Source: Phoronis australis
Taxonomy: Eukaryota > Animalia > Phoronida
Direction: 5' to 3'
NCBI GenBank assembly: GCA_002633005.1
Contig: NMRA01000123.1
Span: 47,666-111,665, forward strand
DNA length: 64,000 nt
Position numbers and translations under genes: made by a program. The notes below the pieces were generated by a model that made no database searches, had not been told where the DNA came from, and saw only the letters and a list, made by a program, of their open reading frames with translations. Of this stretch, positions 38,901-48,200 are shown piece by piece (the first letter of the stretch is position 1; every line of letters starts with the position of its first letter).

Positions 38901-41900
38901 ATATAAATAAACAGAAACGAAAAAAATTAACATGGATGCAGCAAAATAATAGCAGTTTAGCAATCGTGAACAGAACATAAATATTGTTCTACAGGAGAAG
39001 GTGCTTTACCAATGCTTCAAAGACTCGCTAGTACGTGAATGTTACAAACAAACGACAATAACTACAGACCCCTATGTGCTAGATGCGCATCACATAAAAA
39101 TAACTATAAGAAATATGGTCTTCCGTTTTAATTGCTTATTCAAAACAATGAAAACATAAATGTTAAAAGCCCCTTTAGTAAAGTTCAGTGCTATCTGATA
39201 CCGTACTCCCACGTGTAACTGTGCAGGACTTGGGTGACCACAAAAATTTCATTTTTTATTTAATTTCACATCATTAATACAATACACTTTATTTAGATGC
39301 TTTGCTAATTTTGGGAGATCACATGTTTTTAAGAAAAATTACCAAAACAGAAAGGTACATTTACACCAAAAGAATGATATTAATAACATGAAAAGTTCTT
39401 TTCATTAAATGTTCACGATGCAATCTCAAAAACTCTGTCATAATTTCTTGCAGTATCTGTAAATTTTATTGGAATACAATCAGCTATCACTGAGATATGA
39501 TATCTGAAGTTAACGAAATTTGAACATTTTTCTAGGCTGTCACATAACCTATAAGCAAATGAACTCTGTGACCTGCAGGTGAATTGTGTCACAGAACATT
39601 ACATAAAGAGTCTTTCAAGCAAAGGTAATGTACAGGTGAAGCGCACTTCACCTTATGTGGTTTGTGGGGGTCTCCGGGGTTGACGATGGGACCTGGGAGG
39701 GGTAAAGGTCGGATCCGCACGCCGGGATTGGCCGAGATCACGCTGGACCAGTCGACCGAGGAGAAGTTCTGATCTAACGACTTTAACCTGATTCGCTTCT
39801 GCGGCGCACCCCGGCGAATGAAAGGAGAGAAATAAATACTACCATTGCAAACAACAAGTGCAAAAATCATAAGATGAAGCCAGCAATGAAACTATTTGCA
39901 ACCACTACCGAGAATTTCTGACAAATAATATCCTGGGCATACACTTGGAAATTTGCCAATTTTTACTTCTCTAGCAGCCCACGTACAAGCCTAGGAGTAA
40001 CTTTTGGAAGCGGGGTCTATGAACTGAAAATGTGCCATTGACGTCGACATGAATTAAGGACCAGTGTGTAGTTCAGACAGTTTGTTACCAATGGTGCTGT
40101 TAGTTAGGAGAATTTATAGTGACAATGGTAACAGCACTGTTCATTCTGGGAAATTCTCCTCATGGCTCCCATTGGGGGGACGGTGTTTTCAGAAATTCCC
40201 GGTAACACCACTATAATAGTCATCACGTCGTCTAGTAACACCAGACAAAGTAGGAAGGACATGTTGAAAGAAATAAGAATTAAGTGTTACAACAAAAATA
40301 AAGCTGTAAGGGATCATTTCATTTCTATTAATGCCCTGAACACAAGTACCACATGGCAGGATCAACTGAGAGACTGCTATTAAAATTTTCCTTACCATCA
40401 CAGAAATTGGTTTCAAACATCAAAAAGAAGAAATCGCCCAGCCACTCATTTTTACTTGTTATGCCTTGAATAAACTGCTTGCTTGGCTACGAAACAATTT
40501 CCCTGGTACAGAAAAATTGGACCGATACTGCATGTGAAAAAGCAAACTGAGGTATGCTCCACAGACGTGAGGACGTCGCAAAAAAACACAAGATCTAGTG
40601 AGAAATAACGCCATGCACTACGAAAAAAGCCTGAGACCACACTAGCTTCATTTGCGAAATTCTTGCGTTTACACTTGGGACCTAAAAAAACATTCAAAAC
40701 AGCAGGAGCACACATAAAGGCCCAACATGATTCTCAACATTTTCAAATACACAGGGCTTGGAATGACCAATGACAAAAAACGCGGAAACTTTTACGGCCC
40801 AAAGCATGCGCGCTACCCAGCCTTGAAATAGTCGATGTGAACCTTTCGCCGATAAAAATCGGTAGGACTATAAAAAAAAGTTACCACCATCAGTAGCATG
40901 CGTCTGCATCTTTTTATCTCGTCCATCCACTCCTCCACTCCCACCCCCACACATTTCTGGCTGCAGAGCCGTAGTATTTGTCACCGCAGTTTACAATCAC
41001 ACGAGGTGCCATTGAAAATCCCACCACGCTATCCCAGGTGCCCCGGCAATGTTGACAATTTACGTTCCTCCGAAACAGCAACTTCCGCTTTTCGAGGTGA
41101 ACGTCGTCGGCAACGCCGCGGTAAGTAAGGAATTTGCCGCGGAAATTTTACATCAAATCCGATTTTTTTACGCGGAAATATAATAAAATGCGCGGACAGA
41201 ACATTTGAAAAAAGCGGAAATCCGCATTTCCGCGGAAAATTCCAAGCCCTGAATACAGTACCCCCTCACGACAGTTGTCAGCTAACAACAAAAATGTCAG
41301 GTAACAACTATGATGGGGGCAAAATTCTAATTAGACAACGGCTCAGACATGTCAGCCACCTTAGTAACTGTCCTGATAATTCCTCTTTATTCTACGTCAC
41401 GAAGGAAAACCACTGCATTGATTAATTTGGATTCTGTCAAAATGTCGTGATGAGGAATTGTGGGTAATTTTGTTTGCATGCTGAGGGTAGAGGCTTTATA
41501 GAAAGCACACTGTGAGTGCTTTTGAAATTTTCCAAAAATGCTGTTGGAAAATCATGCGTAGGACTGGAAGAAGAAAATTTCGAAAAATTTTGAAACATTC
41601 TTTGTTAGGGGGAAGGGGTCTGTTTCGTACGGTACATAAAATGTAGATAATTATGGACCCGCTCCATGGCAAGCTAAGTACTAACACACTAAAATAATTA
41701 CTTTGCAGCTTATGTTTTCCTCTGAGTAGTCATGGCGATGCAGATTTCTTTTGGGTTTTACTGTAATAGACAAAGATACGCATATTAACCAAACTGTAAA
41801 CAAAGATGTCTATTCCATAGATTAGGAACACCCAACAACACACCAAGAGTAATAAGCATGCCATAACCATGGCAGGACAATTTAACACCTGAAAGTTTAT

Positions 41901-43569
41901 TAGGAGTTGATCTAATTGTGCCTTCACGAACTTTCACATGGGAGGCCAAAACCATATCAAGAGTTAGAGCTTAACTAAAATAAAAGCACTCATGTGACTC
42001 AAACTACAATCTCATGACTGTACAGTTCAAACCGCGATGATACAAAGTCTCGTTGTAAACAGAACTAAATTACTACCCCTCAAAGTAACTTTTTTGTTTA
42101 TTAGGAAAAACATCAAGTGTACCATTAAGTGAATTATAGTACTTAATTTAAAAGAAACTTTTGTCCTTGATCGTGTGATAAGCTATAGTTACAAGGCTGT
42201 CAAATGACGTTACTTACAACACACATGGCTTGTAAAATTGGCTCACTTAAAACTGATCATTTCTCAAGATCCAATTCAACAATGTTAATTTGGGTACTCA
42301 AAGTGGTCCGTTTGCAAATCNNNNNNCCCCCCCCCCCCCCGGAGAGACATGGCCATGGCTCAAGCTTTATGACATCTACTCTAATATTACGTTTATGTAA
42401 TAATCTACTCTAATATTACGTTTATGTAATATTACGGTTATGTAAGACTTTATTAAACAAGTGTAGTTAGCCAAATTTCTCAAGACTTTAAATCAGCTAA
42501 AGTACAAATTTTCTGAAAATATTCCACAGAATTTGATTTTTGACTTATTACCAATCTGCCATTAATTAGGTCAAATGACCAAGATTGGTTTTTAGTAAAC
42601 TTCGGCAAAAATGTACATTAAAGCAACAGAACCAATAACATAATATTTATAAATGTTTAAAATAAAATCTCAAAATCAGTGAGTTTTCTAAGATAGCATT
42701 TCATTTTTGATTTAGCCAATGTGAATTTCTTCATGAAAATATAAGTACAATTTTTTGATAGCCCTTTCCTTCAAACGTGGAACATTTTAAAAGTAAAACC
42801 TCACACTTTTTGAAGAACAATGCATTAAGTCAATCTGGGTAATAGTCGGATAGTTGAGTCCTTGAATTAAAATTGATTTGAGAACCAGTCCACTGAATTA
42901 TGGGCAGTGGAAGCAAATGGTTCTCAAATCCGGGTCCCATGTATCATACATCATGTATCCGACTGCTATCTGAAATTTACATGAACCCAATTTGGTTCCA
43001 AAGTAAGTCAAGTGCTTCTAGGGTCCCACATAACCTTGAAAAATTTCTAGACAAAGACTTCCTTACAAACGAGAGGTCCGTGAGCTTTCTGACAGTTTGG
43101 ACAGTGGTACACTTCAATGTCTGACGCCTGGTGCTCTTCTATGCCAACACAACTGAAAATAAGAACACAGACCACCCAGTGTCGAGTGACACACAAAATT
43201 GTGTCTTGGTGAGGTATATTACAATGACTATAGCAGAATACAAAATGCATGCATCCGAAACACAGCTTGGTTATTTCAATAGGCTACACCAGACAGACAC
43301 TGTCTAACTCTGAGGCTGAGGAAGTACCCAAGGCTCAAGTTTACGTTTTGGTTTGAGGCATTGACAAGACTGACAAAGCCGGACTCATGTGTCAAATAAA
43401 TTGGTGCGGGAAATTACAAATCTATTAAACCAGAGTTACCCAGTTAGTTAGGAAAATGTTTTTACCTTCCATGGAACCAGTCTGTACAAACATCACATTC
43501 TATCATAAAGCGAGTTTCGTCGTACGGCTGTCGACATAAACAATAAACAGTTTCCTCATCCGACGCCAT
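20767..43569 (-). CDS. KDM7: KDM7/PHF8/PHF2-family histone lysine demethylase (PHD + JmjC), whole spliced gene, 20 coding exons, 2691 nt, 896 aa
   Basis: All 20 exons join in frame through GT-AG introns. N-terminal PHD ([31 protein letters not shown]), JmjC with Fe ligands ([17 protein letters not shown]...GWIHAVLTP), and family C-terminal motifs ([35 protein letters not shown]). Confidence 0.96.
21331..21405 (+). pseudogene. tRNA-derived sequence (tRNA pseudogene or SINE head) in KDM7 intron 19
   Basis: A-box-like TGGCTCGGTAGACTAG, anticodon-like stem CTGC/GCAG, degenerate B box GGTTTGACAACC, imperfect acceptor stem. Confidence 0.6.
21667..21814 (-). CDS. KDM7: KDM7 exon 19
   Basis: [12 protein letters not shown]...[13 protein letters not shown]; gtgaga donor. 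Confidence 0.85.
22454..22566 (-). CDS. KDM7: KDM7 exon 18
   Basis: [38 protein letters not shown]. Confidence 0.92.
22766..22858 (-). CDS. KDM7: KDM7 exon 17
   Basis: [31 protein letters not shown]; PHF8/PHF2 YPSLE...PWxPK motif. Confidence 0.92.
23557..24373. mobile_element. PIF/Harbinger (Tourist-like) MITE, 817 bp
   Basis: About 40-bp TIR starting GGGCTGTTCCAG, TAA target-site duplication at 23554-23556 and 24374-24376. Confidence 0.85.
24774..24970 (-). CDS. KDM7: KDM7 exon 16
   Basis: [18 protein letters not shown]...CYRDDEY; AIQGMLSM motif typical of PHF2/PHF8. Confidence 0.92.
24989..25909. repeat. Tandem duplication of about 457 bp in KDM7 intron 15, itself made of degenerate tggataaca-type subrepeats
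   Basis: atgacacgtgaagctaactg starts at 24989 and again at 25446, with no N between the copies. Confidence 0.85.
26938..27148 (-). CDS. KDM7: KDM7 exon 15 (partial allelic copy at 26223-26321)
   Basis: [15 protein letters not shown]...[22 protein letters not shown]. Confidence 0.87.
27907..28052 (-). CDS. KDM7: KDM7 exon 14
   Basis: [25 protein letters not shown]...PGSLKLKLS; phase-consistent. Confidence 0.87.
28850..29028 (-). CDS. KDM7: KDM7 exon 13
   Basis: [34 protein letters not shown]...[11 protein letters not shown]. Confidence 0.85.
29142..29276. repeat. 18-bp minisatellite (aca[t/g]gaagtgac[at/cc]catt), about 7.5 copies
   Basis: 18-bp periodicity read directly, in KDM7 intron 12. 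Confidence 0.9.
29524..29613 (-). CDS. KDM7: KDM7 exon 12 (basic, NLS-like)
   Basis: [30 protein letters not shown]; phase 0-0. Confidence 0.82.
30748..30837 (-). CDS. KDM7: KDM7 exon 11
   Basis: [30 protein letters not shown]; gtaagt donor. Confidence 0.9.
31361..31413. repeat. 19-bp tandem repeat of the exon 10 5' splice site, 3 copies
   Basis: ggtcttacc repeated at 19-bp spacing on the plus strand. Confidence 0.85.
31407..31507 (-). CDS. KDM7: KDM7 exon 10
   Basis: [33 protein letters not shown]; phase 1 to 0. Confidence 0.9.
31951..32057 (-). CDS. KDM7: KDM7 exon 9
   Basis: [35 protein letters not shown]; post-JmjC helical region. Confidence 0.94.
33207..33457 (-). CDS. KDM7: KDM7 exon 8 (JmjC, third Fe ligand His)
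   Basis: [11 protein letters not shown]...[35 protein letters not shown]. Confidence 0.96.
34109..34956 (-). mobile_element. Degenerate DINE-1/HINE-like non-autonomous element
   Basis: caagagc start, diverged internal units, (ACAA)n near 34890, terminal palindrome tacttgtcggaattcgaagaattctcaaagta. Confidence 0.45.
35746..35941 (-). CDS. KDM7: KDM7 exon 7 (JmjC, HxD motif)
   Basis: [16 protein letters not shown]...[34 protein letters not shown]. Confidence 0.96.
36246..36387 (-). CDS. KDM7: KDM7 exon 6
   Basis: [46 protein letters not shown]; conserved NVISLEFS motif. Confidence 0.95.
36395..37757. other. Assembly artefact: allelic overlap duplicated around the single N at 37076 (same pattern at N20102 and N26322)
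   Basis: 36395-37075 is about 37077-37757; 19819-20101 is about 20103-20385; 25605-26321 is about 26325-27036. Each pair differs by a few SNPs or indels and is joined by one N. Confidence 0.85.
37536..37699 (-). CDS. KDM7: KDM7 exon 5 (an allelic copy lies at 36854-37017)
   Basis: [54 protein letters not shown](G). Confidence 0.92.
38749..38807 (-). CDS. KDM7: KDM7 exon 4
   Basis: [19 protein letters not shown](S); cttgcag acceptor, gtaaat donor. Confidence 0.93.
39652..39798 (-). CDS. KDM7: Candidate KDM7 in-frame cassette exon 3b (49 aa) in the PHD-JmjC linker
   Basis: GC-rich 147-nt island in an AT-rich intron. Pyrimidine tract then gcag acceptor, AAG/gtgaag donor, phase 0-0, no stop: [49 protein letters not shown]. 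Confidence 0.6.
40752..41251. mobile_element. hAT-like MITE, 500 bp, 6-bp TSD
   Basis: TIR CAGGGCTTGGAAT/ATTCCAAGCCCTG, TSD aataca, subterminal cgcggaaa repeats. The same right TIR recurs at about 61676-61689. Confidence 0.8.
41702..41760 (-). CDS. KDM7: KDM7 exon 3 (PHD-JmjC linker)
   Basis: [19 protein letters not shown], similar to the KDM7A linker RNWHRHDY; phase 1 to 0. Confidence 0.9.
43067..43152 (-). CDS. KDM7: KDM7 exon 2 (PHD C-half)
   Basis: [28 protein letters not shown]; ttttcag acceptor, gtaagg donor. Confidence 0.95.
43466..43569 (-). CDS. KDM7: KDM7 coding exon 1 (start codon, PHD N-half)
   Basis: [34 protein letters not shown](S); donor gtaaaa. Confidence 0.95.
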
Positions 43570-43849
43570 GACTGACCTCTATGATACAAGTGCGCAGGCT
43601 CAGCAGGAAATGCCTTGTTTATGATGAGACAAACATAGAATTTGAAAATCTCAAAACACTTCTTAATTAGCATGCTTGTCGCTAAAGAACTATATATAAC
43701 TTTACGTATAATAGGTAAAAATTTACTAAAGTCTACCATTTAAATATTTTTTATTAAACACATAAAAAATTAAACTTTAAACAAAACACCTTTATTGCTT
43801 GCCTATGAAACAGCAGACTACTTTTTAACAGTTTTCGATGGAGTTCCAC

Positions 43850-44070
43850 CAGGGGCCTGTTTCATGAAAAGTGACTTAAAACAAGTCAGAATTTTTGTTT
43901 TACCCATTTATGTTTTAACAGTTACACGACTAAATCTTCATTTGGCAATTGTGAAATGGGAGCGTAAGACCAAATTCGGGCTGAGCCGTTTTGAGTCACT
44001 TTTTATGGAACTATAGTCTATGTCCTAGACTGTTTACGAGTATCTATGTCTGTGATGGAACAGACCCCTG
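43850..44070. mobile_element. Short TIR element upstream of the KDM7 ATG, with its right TIR split by a 43-bp insertion
   Basis: caggggcctgtttcatgaaaagtgacttaaaac vs gttttgagtcactttttatggaac[insert]agacccctg. Confidence 0.65.
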
Positions 44071-45038
44071 ACAAAACGAACCAAGCATCAAGCCAGGGCA
44101 TCTTCTAGCTCATTGGAAGTTTTCGACAACTTTCGGCCATTGTAATTTTAATAGCAGTTTATGGACACCTTTATATTATTGTTTTTTTTTACCAGTTCTG
44201 TCCAGTCCGATGTGCTTTTCCTATGAAATGAAACAATGTCGTGGCCGCACAAGCATTGAACTAGTAGTGGGTAGACAAACGGATTTTTTTGCTCGGGGCA
44301 ACGCCACGAGGGGTTAGACTCAAATTCGTGGCCGGGCGGCGCACCATAGCCATAGGGGGCCGGCCGGGCTAAAGCTCCCACCTTTTTCAGTGCCAGTGCG
44401 TTGTCGCCCATGAAATTNNNNNNNNNNNNNNNNNNNNNNNNNNNNNNNNNNNNNNNNNNNNNNNNNNNNNNNNNNNNNNNNNNNNNNNNNNNNNNNNNNN
44501 NNNNNNNNNNNNNNNAAAAAAAAAACTCGTTGTACCTAACAATAATTTGTTTCCGAGTACTTCGGGCATGGTTTAAAATTGAAAGGGGTCATTACAAGTT
44601 GAATTTATGAGAATTGTATTGTTGCATTGCGAACTGAAAACTAGTCGATTGACGGGTAGTGCGAGACAAGGCAACGAGTAAGGACAGCTTTGATTTGCTT
44701 ACGAGTAGTGACTCATGATTGGCCAGACATCTGTACTAATATGTTTTGTCTTTCCTTTTCAACGGAATATATTTGAACTTTGGTAATTTTGGGCTACAAA
44801 ATGTAGAACAACCTTTCTGGTGCTTCTCTCCAGTAGACACTGAGACACGCGGAGAGTGAAGCGCTAACTGGTCCATAAGCGATGACCTAGTTTTCGCAGA
44901 GAACCTGGCGGATGACCTAGTTTACGAATTGCTGGTAATGGCGCCAATGCTTTATTGCATGGGGCAAGGCGGTGGGTGAGTATGATCCAAATTGTGCCCC
45001 ACGCCAGAGAGGGCAAACCTAATTATAAGTAGTCTACA

Positions 45039-45263
45039 CAGTGGCAGATCTACGTTTTCAGTAAGGGGAGGGGGGTTAGCATTCGAGCGAAATCCGAGGC
45101 GCGTAGCGCCCGGTGAAGGAAGGTCAGGAAAGGGTTTCCTCCTGTGTAAGATTTTTTTGTGGTTTTAGTACCTAATTTCGTTTTTCTGGCGAATTTTTCT
45201 TCAATTTTTAATTTTGATCCTGTCTCGAGAGGGAGGTTTGAACCTCCTGTAGATCTGCCTCTG
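45039..45263. mobile_element. hAT-like MITE
   Basis: TIR cagtggcagatctac / gtagatctgcctctg; TSD not preserved. Confidence 0.6.
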
Positions 45264-48200
45264 CCGGCTACAGATGAGAAACGGGATAACTCGGAAAGAT
45301 CAGTACAAGTATTTTAAGAAAAGGAACAGTGCCTTGATAGTTTAGTCTGTATGGCGTTACACAGGATTCACGTTCAAAATGTAAAATTGTTGTGGTGTGA
45401 GCTGTGCTAACAAACTTGTGAAATAGGAATTGCATGGTAGGGTAAAATAGTATAAAGTAAAAAGACGAACCAGTAGCGTATTTGGAGGGGGGCCATGCCC
45501 ACCCTAAAATTCTCCCAGATTCCATTTGGCAGTTCGGGGGGTGTGAATGTGTGACGGGCAAACTCCTGGCTAATACTCTGCCTTGCGCCCCCCCAACTCA
45601 AAATCCTGCGAACGAAGATATTACAATAAATTAAAGTATTCCAATAGACTACCTACCTGCACATAGCGGTATCAAAACCTTAGTTATCTGGGTGCAGTTG
45701 TCAGTCAAAGGAAAGAGAGCTTTATATTACGTGACGACTCAGTTGAATATTTATTCATCTAATTTAAAACTGTCGGGTAGCACTTCGGAGTTTTCACTGA
45801 CTTCGAGATATCAAGTATAGCAAATACAAAACTAATAGTCACCACGCTTTGAACTGTCCTGATTAGATGTTTAAAAGATTATCTTAAACAGTAGACCATT
45901 GACCCCAAAAACGTCTCCAATGGGATGGCCCCACTCTCTAAAATACCGAAAATGTAAATACAAGATAAAACAGTAAGACAGTTTTTCAACAATTTTCCAA
46001 AAGATAAATTTCAGGTTTTGCCAATTTTCACATGGTCATTTAGAAGTGGAAAACTAGCCAAACAATAACATGCAAAACATTTCATAGACACAAGTGATTT
46101 CATATTCACAAAAATATGAAGAAAAGGACACAATTATTATTTCATTGAGTTCGTTTTTCAAAGAGCACCTATGACAAAATCAGGAAAAAGCATTTTAAAA
46201 TATCTGTAAGTGCGTCTACCTCGGGAACAAGATAATAGATCCCGATTTTTAACCAAAACTATCCAAATTAACATTCAAAAATCTTCATAGTAGTATAACA
46301 TACCATGGTACACTAAAACCTTTCAGAACAACTCCAGAAAATCGAGCGAAGTAACAATTCTTGAAGACGAGTAGTTCACGCAAGATGAATATAAAAATTA
46401 ATTCCGCTGTCTGCAACTCGTTTTAATTATTTTTTTTCAATCCCAGACCAGCACTGAAGCAACATAATCTTCAAAGAAACTGAATTCTTTGGCGTATCCC
46501 ATTACGGAAGACGGCATGATAAGTAAATTAGTCTTCTTCATTTCACGGTTAAATTTATGTTTGTCCTTCCTGTTAATTAATGTCACAGTGGAACTTAAGC
46601 TAGTTAGAATGTTTACTTATTTTTAACTTGTAAGAACTACATTTGAACAACGACTATAAAATATTGACCCTCACTGACTGAACATTCTGGACACATTCGC
46701 GAATCAATAGAAAACATCAAACATGCAAAAAAGTGGCCAAGAGCTTTATTTCACGAGTAAGCTTTCCTCATGCGACGTCAGGGTACTATTTCCCGGGTAC
46801 CCAGGATTATAAGTTTCACGAGACAGTGGCTGTCACGGTGGCCGCGCTGCCTTCTTCGCCGACAACTTCATTGGCCATAGCTCGTTATGTGGCCCGGTCG
46901 GTCGACTGTGGTAGCGCTGCCGCGGCTTCACCGACAACTTGGCCAAAGACTGCTATTAAGCCAGCCGCCGTGCTGTGGCCGTGTTGACTACTGTTGCAAA
47001 CGGCCACTCATCTCCATGAGACCCTACAAGCATCTGCAACACAGCCATTCATGTCGCCCACAGTGGTTGGTTCAGATCTAGGAATTAATGCTCAGGGACC
47101 AAAAGAAATTTGTGAAAACCTGAACGGTGTAACCAAACAGTGAGGTGGCTACGAATCATTAGACGCCAAGGTACACACATAGTAAGAGTCTAACACAAAC
47201 TCAGGAAAACTCAAAAGAATCGGAATATCAAAAATATGTATTCATCCAAAATAGATTTCCGCCGAAACAAAATATTGATAGAATACTTGTAAACACGTTA
47301 AGTGTAATAAATTCCTTACTTGCCTAAAATGAGGATATCATATATGCTATATGACAATATGTATTGTTGGCACCACCAGCATGCAGTGCCTTACGTGACA
47401 TCCATTGATACATGATTGCCAGCAAGTTTGAATACTATTCCGCTTATGACACAACTGGATAAAAGCGAGACGAATTCACACCAGTGCCCGGACTCCTTGA
47501 TCCCCTTAACTGTATTATGTCAACCAAGAAAATTTAACTTTTTACTACCTCACGACTCTATCACGATACCCCCCTCATCGCCTAATCAAGTCGTCACAAC
47601 CAACAATTTATATGATATTCTAGGAACCTGACTCATGATGAGGTGGAATTTCTTTGGGAATTATTCCAAGCCATCAATTCTGCCTAAATTCGCACAGTTC
47701 CCCCTCGATGACCGACGGTGCATTATGTGAGCGACCGAATACAGTTTAAATTGTTTGCCAATCTGGCAAAAAAGCTAAAGTTGCACTTCATCGTTAAATA
47801 GACTAAAACAAAATAGGCCTTGCACTCTCCAGCATATAATTGGTCCGCTTACATTCTCTACTTCGGGTAAGATTCCATTTACATTACCACTGAACGAGAA
47901 TATAAAAGCATGATGCGACTCTAGAAAACGCTTCAGAGTTTATTGAGGTAGACCAATTAACTGTAAAATTGAAAATTCGAAAAGGGCGCAAACACACGTT
48001 GTCTCATTGACACGAGTTGCCGGCCCATCCGTCAACAGTTCAAGATCGGATGAGCATGGTATTGTTCTTATGATAGCTTCACGGCAGTTGATGAAGGCGA
48101 TGTTGGCGTTTGTCTATGGGTCAGTAATAGTCACTGCTTGTACCACATTCTGCAAAACTCGTGACAGTAGCGAAAAAGGGCTTGGAAAGTCACAAAAACC

